Positions 29,582-39,325 of a stretch of DNA of 48,971 bases are shown here, piece after piece. Numbering within the stretch: position 1 is the first letter of the stretch; every line of letters starts with the position of its first letter. The position numbers and the translations under genes are program-made. The stretch is taken from NCBI GenBank assembly GCA_045863855.1, contig BTVV01000039.1:1-48971 (forward strand). The letters run 5' to 3'. This DNA comes from Planctomycetota bacterium (GTDB lineage: Bacteria > Planctomycetota > SZUA-567 > H5-PLA8). Below the pieces are notes generated by a model. That model was given only the letters and a program-made list of their open reading frames with translations, had not been told where the DNA came from and searched no databases.

Positions 29582-30295
29582 CTATTTTCGTGGAGTTTGT
29601 GCCTTTTCCGCAAAGTGTTTATCTTCAAAGGGACAACACGCTTCCAAAGGGCAGCCGTCGCAGCGCGGATGGGGCGCTTTACAGTACTTTCGGCCGTGCG
29701 CGATCATGCGATGCCCGAACGCCACCCAATCTTCGGCTGGCAGCAGGGCCGCCAGATCGTGTTCCACTTTGACCGGGTCTTCGTTTCGGGTGAGCCCCAG
29801 CCGACGCGACAATCGACCTACGTGGGTATCGACCACCATACCTGGAATCCCGAACGCGTTTCCGAGGACTACATTCGCGGTTTTGCGGCCTACGCCCCGC
29901 AGTTGGACAAGCGCCTCCAGATCGGGAGGCACTTCCCCGCCGTGCCGTTCCACGATGTCCCGGCACGCTTCGCGGATCGATTGGGCTTTGTTGCGAAAGA
30001 AGCCCGTCGATTGGATCGCGCGCTCCAGCTCGGCTGGGTCCGATGCGGCGAACGCCTGCGCGTCCGGGTACTTCGCGAAGAGCCCAGGCGTCACTTGATT
30101 GACCCGGGCGTCGGTGCATTGCGCCGAAAGGATCGTCGCCACCAGGAGTTGCAGCGGACTGTGGTAGTACAGCCAACAATGCGCATCGGGATAGGCGGCT
30201 TTAAGACCGGCGTTCACTCGGGCGGCCTGCTCGGCCAGCTTGAGTGCGGGCTTGCGCCGGGGGCGCTTGCGGCGCATGGGAGCGGAGCGGCTCAT
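29582..30295 (-). CDS. nth: Endonuclease III
   Basis: LLVATILSAQCTDARVN, TGFFRNKA, LRGVGRKTANVV, VDTHVGR, C-x6-C-x2-C-x5-C Fe-S motif. Confidence 0.97.
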   Translation of the reverse strand: MSRSAPMRRKRPRRKPALKLAEQAARVNAGLKAAYPDAHCWLYYHSPLQLLVATILSAQCTDARVNQVTPGLFAKYPDAQAFAASDPAELERAIQSTGFFRNKAQSIREACRDIVERHGGEVPPDLEALVQLRGVGRKTANVVLGNAFGIPGMVVDTHVGRLSRRLGLTRNEDPVKVEHDLAALLPAEDWVAFGHRMIAHGRKYCKAPHPRCDGCPLEACCPFEDKHFAEKAQTPRK

Positions 30296-30430
30296 GCCCC
30301 TCTTCTAGAAGGTTTCCGTCCGCGTGCCAGCGTCCGTTGACCCTGATTCCTGGCTGCATTACCATAACAAATCCTAAAGTGAGGTGACGCAATCCATTAT
30401 CGAGGGGTTCGGGATTGGAGCTTGAAGCTT

Positions 30431-30649
30431 ATGCTGACTTGCAAAGTCAAAGTGGATGACATGCAGTGCAACGGTTGTGCGGCTCGTGTGCAGCAGTCCC
30501 TGATGCAGGTCGGTGGCGTGGTCAAAGTCATCACGTCGTTGGACGATCACTGCGTGGAAGTAACCTTCGACGACGGGAAGGTGGGAGAAGTCGATTTGCG
30601 CGCGGCGCTGCGCAAGGCGGGGTTCCTCAAGGCCGCGGATGTGCGCTGA
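30431..30649 (+). CDS. Heavy-metal-associated (CopZ-like) domain protein
   Basis: DMQCNGC motif, 72 aa, ends LRKAGF; GGAG RBS. Confidence 0.88.
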   Translation: MLTCKVKVDDMQCNGCAARVQQSLMQVGGVVKVITSLDDHCVEVTFDDGKVGEVDLRAALRKAGFLKAADVR

Positions 30650-30933
30650 ATGGGCGGCGTGAGGGGTTCGAGGCGCGCCGATTCACCTGAAACGAAGAAG
30701 CAGAGGCTTGGACTCGTACGCTGGCGCACGGGCGTTTCGCGGCGGCTTGGCTTAGAGCGCGCCCTGATACCGGATCGCGGGGCGGCATCGAAGCGCCGGG
30801 CAAGCGAGGCGGACGGACGATCCGAATCGGGACGAGGATACGGCAAGGACGCCCGCGACGCATCGCGAAGCCCGTCGCCCGATGACGGCCGCGAGACGTT
30901 TTAAGACGCACTCTTATTAAGGGGAGACGGTAC

Positions 30934-32655
30934 GTGAATCTTCGCATGGTCTGGGCGGCGGGTCTGGCGGTGGTGGTGGGCGTAAGCGCGCCCAAATCGG
31001 AAGCGCAGGAACGTCCGCTGGTTCCCACGCCGCGCCCCGGCCCGTCCCAGGCGGCGCTGAAGATGCCCAAGCCGCAGGAACTGAGCCAGTTGATGTCCGA
31101 CTTCCAGGGCGACGACGTCGAGAAGCGCGAGGCCGCGGCTAAGAAGTTCTTCGAGTACGGCGGCGGCGTCTTGAACCTCGCCCGTTCGCTGGAGAAGCAC
31201 AAGAAGCCTGAGGTGGCGGCCAAGGCGGTGGAAGTCCGGCAGGCGATCGAGAAGCGCGCGAAAGAACTTTTCGACGGGCTGCGCAAGCAGTACTCGGAGC
31301 TTTACCGCGGGGAACTGACCGAAGAGAAGCTCGCGGCGTTCGTGACCGATCTCGACGAAGGCGCCGTGTACGTGGGCGAGCCGATGCAGCGCCGCACGCT
31401 TTCGAGTTTGCTCAGCCGCGTGCGGCAGGATCTGGCCCGCGTGCAGCGCGCCGCCGCGGGGCTCGTGCATACCGACAAGCAACTCGCCACCGAACCGGTA
31501 CCGACGGGCGTGCGCCGCGCCGCGATCCAGCTCAACCGCGCCACCTACCTGCAGGACCTGCGCCGCCACGCCGAAGGCCTGGCCGCGGTCCAGGAGGGGC
31601 TGAGCAGTCCCGGAGAAGGCGGCCGGCTGAAGCCCCAGTTGCTCAAGACGCGCGCCGATTTGCTGCGCGACCTGGGACAGTGGGACGACTACGTCGCAAC
31701 CTGCAAACGCATCTTGACCGAATGCCCGCGCAGCCTCGAGGTTCGCCAAGCCTACGAGAACCTCAATTCGTACCACGAGATGAACCAGCAGTACGATGCC
31801 CAACTCGAAACCCTGGCGGCCTACCTCAAGGCCTTCCCGCTCGACCAGGCGCCGCAGGATCTGGCGATCCAGACGCTGGACATCTACTGGGAGATCGATC
31901 AGCAGTACGCCGCGGGCCTGAAACTCGCCGAACTGCTCGCCGCCGAACTGGATCCGAGCCGCCTCAGCCCTTCGGTGCTGCGCACGCAGGCGTTGGGTTA
32001 CGAATACCTGCAGCGCGATTACGCGAAGGCCGAAGCGGCGTACAAGCGGTTGCTGGAGGTTTACCCCGATTTGGTGCCGGAACCGCTGATTACGGCGGCG
32101 GTGAAGCGCAATCAGGAGAAGGCGGCCGGAACCTTCGCGAAGGCGCCCAAGCCCGAGGATTCCGGCCCCGCCGGAGCGATCGCCAAATTCCTGGCCGCGA
32201 TTCGCGCGCAGGACGCCGATGCGTTGAAAGCCGTGACACCCCAAAAAGTGATCGAGCAGTGGGACTACCAGCTCGACCAGTTGACCCCGGTGGTGCTCTT
32301 CAGCGACGTGCAGGTGCTCGAAACGAAACCCATCGAAGGCGGGAAGATCACCGAGGTGCTGGTGAACCACTTCAGCCCCGACCGCCTCGCGCCGACGAAG
32401 TTGAACGTCGAGGCGGTGCAGGAAGACGGAGCCTGGAAGGTGGCGTGGCCGCCGCCGGGCGAAGACGCCGAAGACGGCGACGATATGGAAGGCATGGACG
32501 ACGCGGAAGCGGAGCCTGAAGATGCTCCGGCGCCGGCCAAGACGCCCGCGCCGCGCAATCCGAAAGTCGAGAAGAAGACCGGCGAGACCGGATTCGTGCT
32601 GCCGCCGCAGATGCCGGAAGCGAAAGAAAAGCAACCCGAAGCCGGCAAACCGTAG
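30934..32655 (+). CDS. Secreted helical-repeat (HEAT/TPR-like) protein with acidic/Pro-rich tail
   Basis: Signal peptide; DDVEKREAAAKKF HEAT-like start; RDYAKAEAAYKRLLEVYP TPR-like; AAGGGGAG RBS. Confidence 0.8.
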   Translation: MNLRMVWAAGLAVVVGVSAPKSEAQERPLVPTPRPGPSQAALKMPKPQELSQLMSDFQGDDVEKREAAAKKFFEYGGGVLNLARSLEKHKKPEVAAKAVEVRQAIEKRAKELFDGLRKQYSELYRGELTEEKLAAFVTDLDEGAVYVGEPMQRRTLSSLLSRVRQDLARVQRAAAGLVHTDKQLATEPVPTGVRRAAIQLNRATYLQDLRRHAEGLAAVQEGLSSPGEGGRLKPQLLKTRADLLRDLGQWDDYVATCKRILTECPRSLEVRQAYENLNSYHEMNQQYDAQLETLAAYLKAFPLDQAPQDLAIQTLDIYWEIDQQYAAGLKLAELLAAELDPSRLSPSVLRTQALGYEYLQRDYAKAEAAYKRLLEVYPDLVPEPLITAAVKRNQEKAAGTFAKAPKPEDSGPAGAIAKFLAAIRAQDADALKAVTPQKVIEQWDYQLDQLTPVVLFSDVQVLETKPIEGGKITEVLVNHFSPDRLAPTKLNVEAVQEDGAWKVAWPPPGEDAEDGDDMEGMDDAEAEPEDAPAPAKTPAPRNPKVEKKTGETGFVLPPQMPEAKEKQPEAGKP

Positions 32656-32736
32656 CAGCAATCCCTGCGGCAATAACAGTGCGTCCTAGGCGCTGTCCCG
32701 AAACGCTTCTTCGGCCTCTGCTTGCGGGGACGCGGG

Positions 32737-32812
32737 GAGTGAAAAGAAAAAAGTAACGCCGGCAGAAGCGCCCCGCTTATGCCGCGGGACTTTGCCGTTT
32801 ACTCTTTACTCT
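32737..32812. repeat. Degenerate heptamer/palindromic intergenic element (related copy at 42061-42132)
   Basis: AAAGTAACG...GCGCCCCGC..TGCCG...CGTTT..ACNCTTTACTCT blocks are shared by both sites, each lying between convergent genes. Confidence 0.45.
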
Positions 32813-32846
32813 GCACGTTTGGCCGTGGAATTCCGGTTACCGGCCT

Positions 32847-34208
32847 TTACGCCGAGAGCACCTTCGCCGTGCGGTCGCGGCGTTCGGTCGATCCGGCGGG
32901 CGAACCTCCGGCGGGAGCGTCGACCAGCCAGACGCCCTGTTCGATCAGCTTTTGCTTCACTTCTTTTCCGTCGATCTGAATGGGATTCAGTCCGCGCTCG
33001 GCGCAGAGGGCCGCGGCGGTTCCGCAGGCCTGGCCCAGCGTGCAGGCGGGCGGCATCACGCGCATGCTGCTGTGCACGGCATGGTCCACGCTGATGGGCC
33101 GGCCGCCGACGAGGAGGTTCGAGCAGCCCTGCGGGACGATGCAGCCGTAGGGAATTTCGTACCATTCGCCTTGCGGCAAGTGCGTGATCTCGGTGCCCGT
33201 GCCGGACGGGTTGTGGATATCGATGGGGTAGGTGACGCGGCAGACGCTGTCGGGAAACTTGGCGCAGCGTTCGTAGTCGGCGCGGGTGAGGTACGCGTGG
33301 CCCTTCACGCGGCGCGTCTCGCGCACGCCGATCTGGGTGCCCATGCTGTGCAGGCGCGCGTGCTCGAACCCGGAGATCTCTTCGCGCAGGAACTTGATGA
33401 ACTGAGCGATCTGGCGGCGGCCCTCGATCTCGGCCTCGCTGAAGCTGAGCGTATCGGTGCCCTTGGCGCCGACGATGCGGGTGGTGTTGAAGTGGATGCG
33501 GTCTTCCTCGACGGTCTTGAAGTAAAGCACGTTCTCGCGCGGGCACCGGATGCGGCCTTCGGCCTTGGCGCGGTCGTACTTCTCCTGAATGATCTTGCGG
33601 TCGGGCATGCGGGCGATCTCGACGTTGGCCAGGTCGAAGTTGCTGGTCATGGGCTGCACCGCGCCGTCTTCGGCGCGGCCGAACTCGAAGGGGCAGCCCG
33701 CGCGCGCAGCCAGATCCGCGTCGCCGCTGGTGTCGACGTAGACCTTGGCGCGGTGCGCGCCCAGCCCGCTCTTGCCCAGCGCCAGGACGCAATCGATCTT
33801 GTCGCCGTTCATGAGCGGCCGGTCGAGCATGGCGTGGTAGAGGATCTTCGCGCCGGCCTCGAGGCAGAGCTGTTCGGCGGCGAGCTTGGCCGTCTCGGGG
33901 CAGAAGGCGCGCGCGGGCAGCTTCATGCCGCCCAAGGCTTCGATGCGGCGGCACCATTCCATGAAGACGCCGCTGTCGAGGGGTTTGCCGTCGAGGTGGT
34001 TGGGCATCCAGGGGTTGACGTGCCCGGCGGTGGCCATGCCGCCCAGGAAGCCGTAGCGTTCGATCAGCAGGGTCTTGGCGCCGCTGCGCGCGGCGGCGAC
34101 CGCCGCCCCCACGCCGCCGGGCCCGCCGCCCATGACGATCACGTCGACGTCGTGGAGGACGGGGATTTCGGCCTGTGCGGGTCGCGTCACGGTGCGGGGG
34201 CTGCTCAT
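32847..34208 (-). CDS. FAD-dependent oxidoreductase (PF12831-like)
   Basis: DVIVMGGGPGG, IERYGFLGGMAT, VDTSGDADLA, GVRETRR, YPIDIH, YEIPYGCIVP, NLLVGGRPIS; AAGGAG RBS. Confidence 0.92.
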   Translation of the reverse strand: MSSPRTVTRPAQAEIPVLHDVDVIVMGGGPGGVGAAVAAARSGAKTLLIERYGFLGGMATAGHVNPWMPNHLDGKPLDSGVFMEWCRRIEALGGMKLPARAFCPETAKLAAEQLCLEAGAKILYHAMLDRPLMNGDKIDCVLALGKSGLGAHRAKVYVDTSGDADLAARAGCPFEFGRAEDGAVQPMTSNFDLANVEIARMPDRKIIQEKYDRAKAEGRIRCPRENVLYFKTVEEDRIHFNTTRIVGAKGTDTLSFSEAEIEGRRQIAQFIKFLREEISGFEHARLHSMGTQIGVRETRRVKGHAYLTRADYERCAKFPDSVCRVTYPIDIHNPSGTGTEITHLPQGEWYEIPYGCIVPQGCSNLLVGGRPISVDHAVHSSMRVMPPACTLGQACGTAAALCAERGLNPIQIDGKEVKQKLIEQGVWLVDAPAGGSPAGSTERRDRTAKVLSA

Positions 34209-34500
34209 CGAGGACTCCTTCGAGTTCGGGTCGCGCGTCGTTCGGCCCCGGCATGCGGGGGATTGGTAAGCATACGCCACGAGGGCGTTGGGGGATATGG
34301 ACCCATGCGCCGAAGTTTCAGCAGTTTTGCGCTGGAGGGCGTAAGCGGACGCGGGATGGGAGCGTATGGCGGCAACCTACCGACCGCGACCCTGGCGTCG
34401 TTTGCCGTGAGCCCGCCGCAGCGGGCTTTCGGAAGTTGCCTGCACCGGGCGAGTCAGGGTACGCATCTTGGTGCGGCCATGGCCGTTCGCGTCCCGTAGG

Positions 34501-34597
34501 GACGCGCGGAAAGCACGGCGCAACGGCCCTCCGTCTTGCGAACTCTTTTTACGTTCACGCCCCGCCTTACTCCGTGTGCGCTGTGATCTCCGTGGTG
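34501..34597. repeat. Second copy of the 21532-type imperfect palindromic element
   Basis: CGCGCGGAAAGCACGGC...CTCCGTGTGCGCTGTGATCTCCGTGGTG versus CGCGCGGAGCACGGC...CTCCGTGCGCTCTGTGCTCTCTGCGGTG. Confidence 0.55.
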
Positions 34598-34673
34598 CAA
34601 AGATCTCCTTGGTGCAAGAGCCCGCCGTTTTAGCGGTAGCCCGCCGCTGCGCGGGCGCTAGATTCACCGGTCT

Positions 34674-36068
34674 ATGAAAATTCGCTTCCACGGCGCCGTA
34701 CGGACCGTCACCGGTTCGCTGCACATCGTCGAGACCGCTCAAGGCGAGATCGTGCTCCTCGACTGCGGGATGTTCCAGGGCCGCCGCCAGGAGGCCCGCG
34801 AGCGGAACGAACGCTTTCCGGTCGAGCCCAAGCGCGTCAAGGCGGTGGTGCTGAGCCACGCGCATATCGATCACATCGGGAATCTGCCGAGCTGGGTTGC
34901 GCGCGGGCTGCGCTGCCCCGTCTACGCCACGCACGCCACGGCCGATCTGTGCGGGATCATGCTCCGCGATTCGGCCAAGATTCAGGAGTTCGACGCGAAG
35001 CACGTCAACAAGAATCGCCGCCCGCACGAGCGGACCGTCCAGCCGCTTTACACCGCCGAGCACGCCGAGGCCACATTGAAGCTGCTGCGCGCGAAGCCGT
35101 ATCACGACTGGTTCGAGGTTCTCCCCGGGCTGCGCGCGCGCTACCAGGACGCCGGACACATCCTGGGTTCGGCAGGCATTACGCTGGAAGAACGGCACAA
35201 CGGATCGGTCAAACGCCTGGGCTTCACCGGCGACGTCGGCCGCGACCAGCGCGTTATCCTGCGCGACCCCGAACCGCTCGAGGCCGGCGCCGACGTGCTG
35301 CTCAGCGAGAGCACCTACGGCGACCGCGAGCATCCCCCGCAAGCCGATCTGCACGAACAGCTCGCCCAGGTCCTCGAACGGACCATCAAGCGCCGCGGGC
35401 GCGTCATCATCCCCGCCTTCGCGCTGGGGCGCACGCAGTCGCTCCTCTATGCGATGTACAAGCTCCAGCAGGCCGGCCGGCTCCCCAAGGTCCCCGTCTA
35501 CGTCGACAGTCCGCTCGCCTGCCTGGCCACCGGCATCGTCGAACGCCACCCCGAATGCTACGACGGAGAAGCGAAGGAGATTCTGCGCGACGAGGGCACG
35601 CTCTTCGCCGTGCAGGGTTACGCCTGCCTCACCGACGTCGCGGACTCCAAGGCGCTGAACGAATCGCGCGATCCGTGCGTCATCGTCTCCGCCTCGGGCA
35701 TGTGCGAAGCCGGGCGCATCCTGCATCACCTGCTGCACAACATCGAGGACGAGAAGAACACGATCCTGATCGTCGGGTTCCAGGCCGAACACACGCTGGG
35801 CCGGAAACTCGTCGAGCAATGGGCTACGGTGCGCATCTTCGGGCGGCGCATCGAACGCCGCGCCGAAGTCGTGACGCTGAACGGATTCTCGGCGCACGCA
35901 GGGCGTTCCGAACTGGCCGCCTATCTCGAAAAGGCCCGCCCCGCCGGGCCGCTCTTTCTCGTCCACGGCGACGAGAAGCAGGGGCTGGCGTTCGAGGACT
36001 TCCTGGAACGCGAGCGCGGCTTTCCCGACGTCCGGCTGCCTCACGAGGGCGACGAGTGGAAGGTGTGA
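34674..36068 (+). CDS. MBL-fold beta-CASP ribonuclease
   Basis: GAVRTVTGS, LDCGMFQG, SHAHIDH, AGHILGS, ESTYGDR, PAFALGRTQ, SGMCEAGRILHH, GFSAHA, LVHGD. Confidence 0.95.
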   Translation: MKIRFHGAVRTVTGSLHIVETAQGEIVLLDCGMFQGRRQEARERNERFPVEPKRVKAVVLSHAHIDHIGNLPSWVARGLRCPVYATHATADLCGIMLRDSAKIQEFDAKHVNKNRRPHERTVQPLYTAEHAEATLKLLRAKPYHDWFEVLPGLRARYQDAGHILGSAGITLEERHNGSVKRLGFTGDVGRDQRVILRDPEPLEAGADVLLSESTYGDREHPPQADLHEQLAQVLERTIKRRGRVIIPAFALGRTQSLLYAMYKLQQAGRLPKVPVYVDSPLACLATGIVERHPECYDGEAKEILRDEGTLFAVQGYACLTDVADSKALNESRDPCVIVSASGMCEAGRILHHLLHNIEDEKNTILIVGFQAEHTLGRKLVEQWATVRIFGRRIERRAEVVTLNGFSAHAGRSELAAYLEKARPAGPLFLVHGDEKQGLAFEDFLERERGFPDVRLPHEGDEWKV

Positions 36069-36883
36069 AGGGACCGTCTCCGGGGGCGAGCAGCGGCGGG
36101 CGCAAGCCCGGCGCCACCAGCCTGCGCCTGCCCGTCGTCCCGACCAATCTGGCCGTCGATATCCTTCCGCAACCAGACCTCAGCACCTGCGGCCCCACCT
36201 GCCTGCACGCGGTCTACCGCTACTACGGGCTCAACCTGCCGCTCGAAAAAGTTATCCGCGAAGTCCGCCAGTTCGAGGAAGGCGGGACGCTCGGCGTGCT
36301 CCTGGCGCTGCACGCGTTAAGCCGAGGCTTCAAAGCCACGCTGTACACGTATAACCTCTCGCTCTTCGACCCGACCTGGTTCCTGCCCGGCGCGCCGGAT
36401 CTGGCCGAACGCCTCCGCGCGCAGATGAAGCACAAGCGAGGCAAGAAATTCCACATCGCCTCCGAAGCCTACATCGAATTCCTCGATCGTGGCGGACGCC
36501 TGCGCTTCGAGGATCTTTCGCCCAAGCTGCTGCGCGGATTCCTCAACCACGGCCACCCCATTCTCACCGGACTCAGCGCCACCTATCTGTACCGCTCGCC
36601 CCGCGAGTTCGGCGACCAGAGCGAGTACGACGACGTGCGCGGGGAATCCGCAGGGCATTTCGTCATCGTCTGCGGATACGACAGCGAAGCGCGCGCCGTG
36701 CTCGTCGCCGATCCGCTCCAGCCCAACCCCATGGCCCCGCAGCAGCTTTACCCCGTGCCCATCGAACGGTTGATCTGCGCGATCCTGCTGGGCATCCTGA
36801 GCTTCGACGGAAACCTGCTCGTCGTGGAACCCGAGGATCGGTCGCGAGGGAGCAATAGGCAAAAGGCCGTGAACGGTGAATAG
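36065..36883 (+). CDS. C39-like papain-fold peptidase
   Basis: QPDLSTCGPTCLHAVYRYY (Q...C), GHFVIVCGYD, VADP; probable GTG start overlapping the upstream stop (GTGA). Confidence 0.85.
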   Translation: MKGPSPGASSGGRKPGATSLRLPVVPTNLAVDILPQPDLSTCGPTCLHAVYRYYGLNLPLEKVIREVRQFEEGGTLGVLLALHALSRGFKATLYTYNLSLFDPTWFLPGAPDLAERLRAQMKHKRGKKFHIASEAYIEFLDRGGRLRFEDLSPKLLRGFLNHGHPILTGLSATYLYRSPREFGDQSEYDDVRGESAGHFVIVCGYDSEARAVLVADPLQPNPMAPQQLYPVPIERLICAILLGILSFDGNLLVVEPEDRSRGSNRQKAVNGE

Positions 36884-37030
36884 TAAGCAGGGAACGGTAA
36901 GAGCGCGCGTAGGTGCGTCCGAAGGCGCAGCAGGAGGGATGGAAGGGATGGAAGTTCGACGTTGACCGGAGTCCGTTTGTCCTTTGCTGATGGCCATTTG
37001 CAGTTTGCAGTTTGTTTGGTTCTTGCAGTT
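36852..37030. repeat. Cluster of short tandem repeats (7-mers and 9-mers)
   Basis: GCAATAG GCAAAAG; GTGAACG GTGAATA GTAAGCA GGGAACG GTAAGAG; GGAGGGAT GGAAGGGAT GGAAG; TTTGCAG TTTGCAG TTTG. Confidence 0.6.
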
Positions 37031-37052
37031 AAAAGCCCACCCAGGTGCCCCC

Positions 37053-39323
37053 ATGCTCCCGCTCCTGCATTCCGGTCATCCGCGACTCCACCTGGCCCCC
37101 GGCCAACTGCCGGCTTACCGCAAGCTCAGCCTCGGGCCGCGCCGCGCGTACCGCGAAATGCTGCTCCGGAAACTGGAACCGTGCCTGAAATCGGTCTCGG
37201 CGCTGCGCGCGAACACCGGCCACGGCTACGACCACCTCGCCCTCGCCCTGGGCCAGGCCTGGCGCCTCACCGGCGAAGAGCGCTACGGAAGAGCCGCGCG
37301 CTGGCTGCTCGAGTCCCTTGAATTCTGTGCGGAAACGCGCCCCACCGGCTACGACACCTGGGGCGTCGTCGCCGAATGCGCCGCCTATCTGTACGACTGG
37401 CTCCACGATTACTGGAAGCGCGAAGGATTGCTCGAAGTCGCCGCGCGCGCCGCCTTGCACTGCGCGCGCCAGGCCTTCGCGAACGCCACGCAGCTCTACA
37501 TCGTCGACGACTGGCACAACTACAGCCTCGGCCTGCAATCCGGCGCGCTCGCAGGCGCCCTCGCCGTGGGCCGCGAGTTTCCGATGCTCGAAGACGGCGG
37601 CCTGCTGCGCAAGATGCACGCGCTCCATTTCACCGGCTTGGTCTCCGACGAGTTGTTCCTCCAAGACGCCTACCGCCTCCCGCGCCATACGCGCTGCCTG
37701 CAAGCCGCCCTGCGCGGCGGAAACGGCGCAGGCTTCGCCGCGCACCTCGAAGCCACCGGCGCGTACCACACCGTCGACGGCTACGAACTGATCAAGATGG
37801 CCTCGCTCTGGACCCACGCCCTGCGCGGCGGGAAGCTCGTCTGGCCCGAGGTCCTGGCCGTCGGCCGCGCCATCCTGAACTTCATGCGCCCCGACGAAAC
37901 CAACCTCAACCTCGGCGACAGCCGCCCCCATCCGCTCGCGAACGATCCGCGCATCGCCAACATCCTGTTGCATCTCCAGGCGCGCACGCCCGATCCCGCA
38001 TTCGCCGCGTACCTCCGCGCGCAAGGCCACCGCGCCGAACAGCCCTATCCGAACCATCTGCTCCTGCGCGCCCAGCGCGGCGCCGAACCCAGCCCCGAAG
38101 AACGCGAACGCTTCGACCGCCGCGCGCTCGCCGCCTGGCCGCTTGCCTCGAAGTTCGATCCCATCGTCACGCTACGCTCGGGCTGGGGCGAACGCGACAC
38201 CTTCGTCAGCTTCCGCTGCGGGCGCCACGGCGGCTGGCACAACCACCTCGATCACAATGCGTTCACCATCTTCCGCGGCGGCGCGCTGGCCATCGACAGC
38301 GGCGGGATCCATTACGGCTCGCCGCACCGGCCCGAATACTCCATGCGCACCCTCGCGCACAACGCGATCCTCGTCCGCGACCCCGGCGAAGGCGACTGGA
38401 TCGGGAAGCTCGGCGAACCCATCGCCAACGACGGCGGCCAGCGTCTCGTGGTGAACGCCTACGCGCCGCCCAACGATTTCACCGGCAAACCGCACGCCGT
38501 CATGAGCGAAGACCGACGCAAGCGGCTCGGCGACGAGTTCGGCATGGGCGAGTACCTCGCCTTCGAACCCGGCGCGCGATTCGATTACGTCGCCGGCGAC
38601 GCCACGCGAGCGTACACCTATCCGTGGTCGGGCCTCGGCGACAACCAGGCGCGCCGCGTCGAGGAAGCCGTCCGCCAGTTGGTCTTCCTCAAGCCCGATC
38701 TGATCGTCGTCTTCGACCGCTTGGAAGCCACGCGCCCGCGTTTCCGGAAGACTTGGCTCCTGCACACGCTCGAAGCGCCCCTTGCGCTCGTCCGCGGCAA
38801 ACGCCGCAAAGCCGCGCGCGGCATCCGAGCGCTGCCCGCTTCCGGACCCTACGAAGCCGAACACGCGCGCGGGCGGCTCACCGTCTGGCCGCTGCTGCCG
38901 GCCGCGCGAAAAGCGCGCACGATCGGCGGGAAAGGCTTCGAGTGCTACGTCGAACACGCCGCCGGCGGCGGCCCGAAGAATTATCCCGCGCCCGCGCATC
39001 AACCCGAAACCGGAGCCTGGCGCATCGAGATCGCGCCGCGCAAGCAAGCCGCGCGCGACTGCTTCCTCACGGTCCTCCACGCCGGCCTCGAACGCGAAGC
39101 CCCGGCGCGCGAACGCTTCCGCTGCGCCGCGCGCACCGAAGGCGCGTATGCGGCGCTGACGATCGAATCCTTAAGCCGCGGAACGTGGCGCGAGTACGCC
39201 GTCGTGCGCTTCCGCACGGCCGGACCCGTCGAAGTTGAAGTGGTTTACCGCGGCGAACGCGCCAAGCATGCCGCGCCGGCGCCCCGGCGCGTGCCCCAAG
39301 CCCGAGCGTCCAAGCGAAGATAG
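37053..39323 (+). CDS. Heparinase II/III-like polysaccharide lyase, no signal peptide
   Basis: LRSGW, HNHLDHNAFTIFRGGALAIDSG, RTLAHNAILVRDP, NDGGQR, YVAGDATRAY, VFDR, KTWLLH, GAWRIEIAP. Confidence 0.85.
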   Translation: MLPLLHSGHPRLHLAPGQLPAYRKLSLGPRRAYREMLLRKLEPCLKSVSALRANTGHGYDHLALALGQAWRLTGEERYGRAARWLLESLEFCAETRPTGYDTWGVVAECAAYLYDWLHDYWKREGLLEVAARAALHCARQAFANATQLYIVDDWHNYSLGLQSGALAGALAVGREFPMLEDGGLLRKMHALHFTGLVSDELFLQDAYRLPRHTRCLQAALRGGNGAGFAAHLEATGAYHTVDGYELIKMASLWTHALRGGKLVWPEVLAVGRAILNFMRPDETNLNLGDSRPHPLANDPRIANILLHLQARTPDPAFAAYLRAQGHRAEQPYPNHLLLRAQRGAEPSPEERERFDRRALAAWPLASKFDPIVTLRSGWGERDTFVSFRCGRHGGWHNHLDHNAFTIFRGGALAIDSGGIHYGSPHRPEYSMRTLAHNAILVRDPGEGDWIGKLGEPIANDGGQRLVVNAYAPPNDFTGKPHAVMSEDRRKRLGDEFGMGEYLAFEPGARFDYVAGDATRAYTYPWSGLGDNQARRVEEAVRQLVFLKPDLIVVFDRLEATRPRFRKTWLLHTLEAPLALVRGKRRKAARGIRALPASGPYEAEHARGRLTVWPLLPAARKARTIGGKGFECYVEHAAGGGPKNYPAPAHQPETGAWRIEIAPRKQAARDCFLTVLHAGLEREAPARERFRCAARTEGAYAALTIESLSRGTWREYAVVRFRTAGPVEVEVVYRGERAKHAAPAPRRVPQARASKRR

Positions 39324-39325
39324 CC

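Noticed and set aside
30402..30670. 10-bp direct repeat GAGGGGTTCG flanking the HMA gene
   Set aside because: Could be an insertion scar, but a 10-bp match within about 300 bp of GC-rich DNA is plausible by chance; no mobile-element features
34949..36064. 644-aa version of the C39 ORF
   Set aside because: The upstream part is an out-of-frame overlap with the beta-CASP gene
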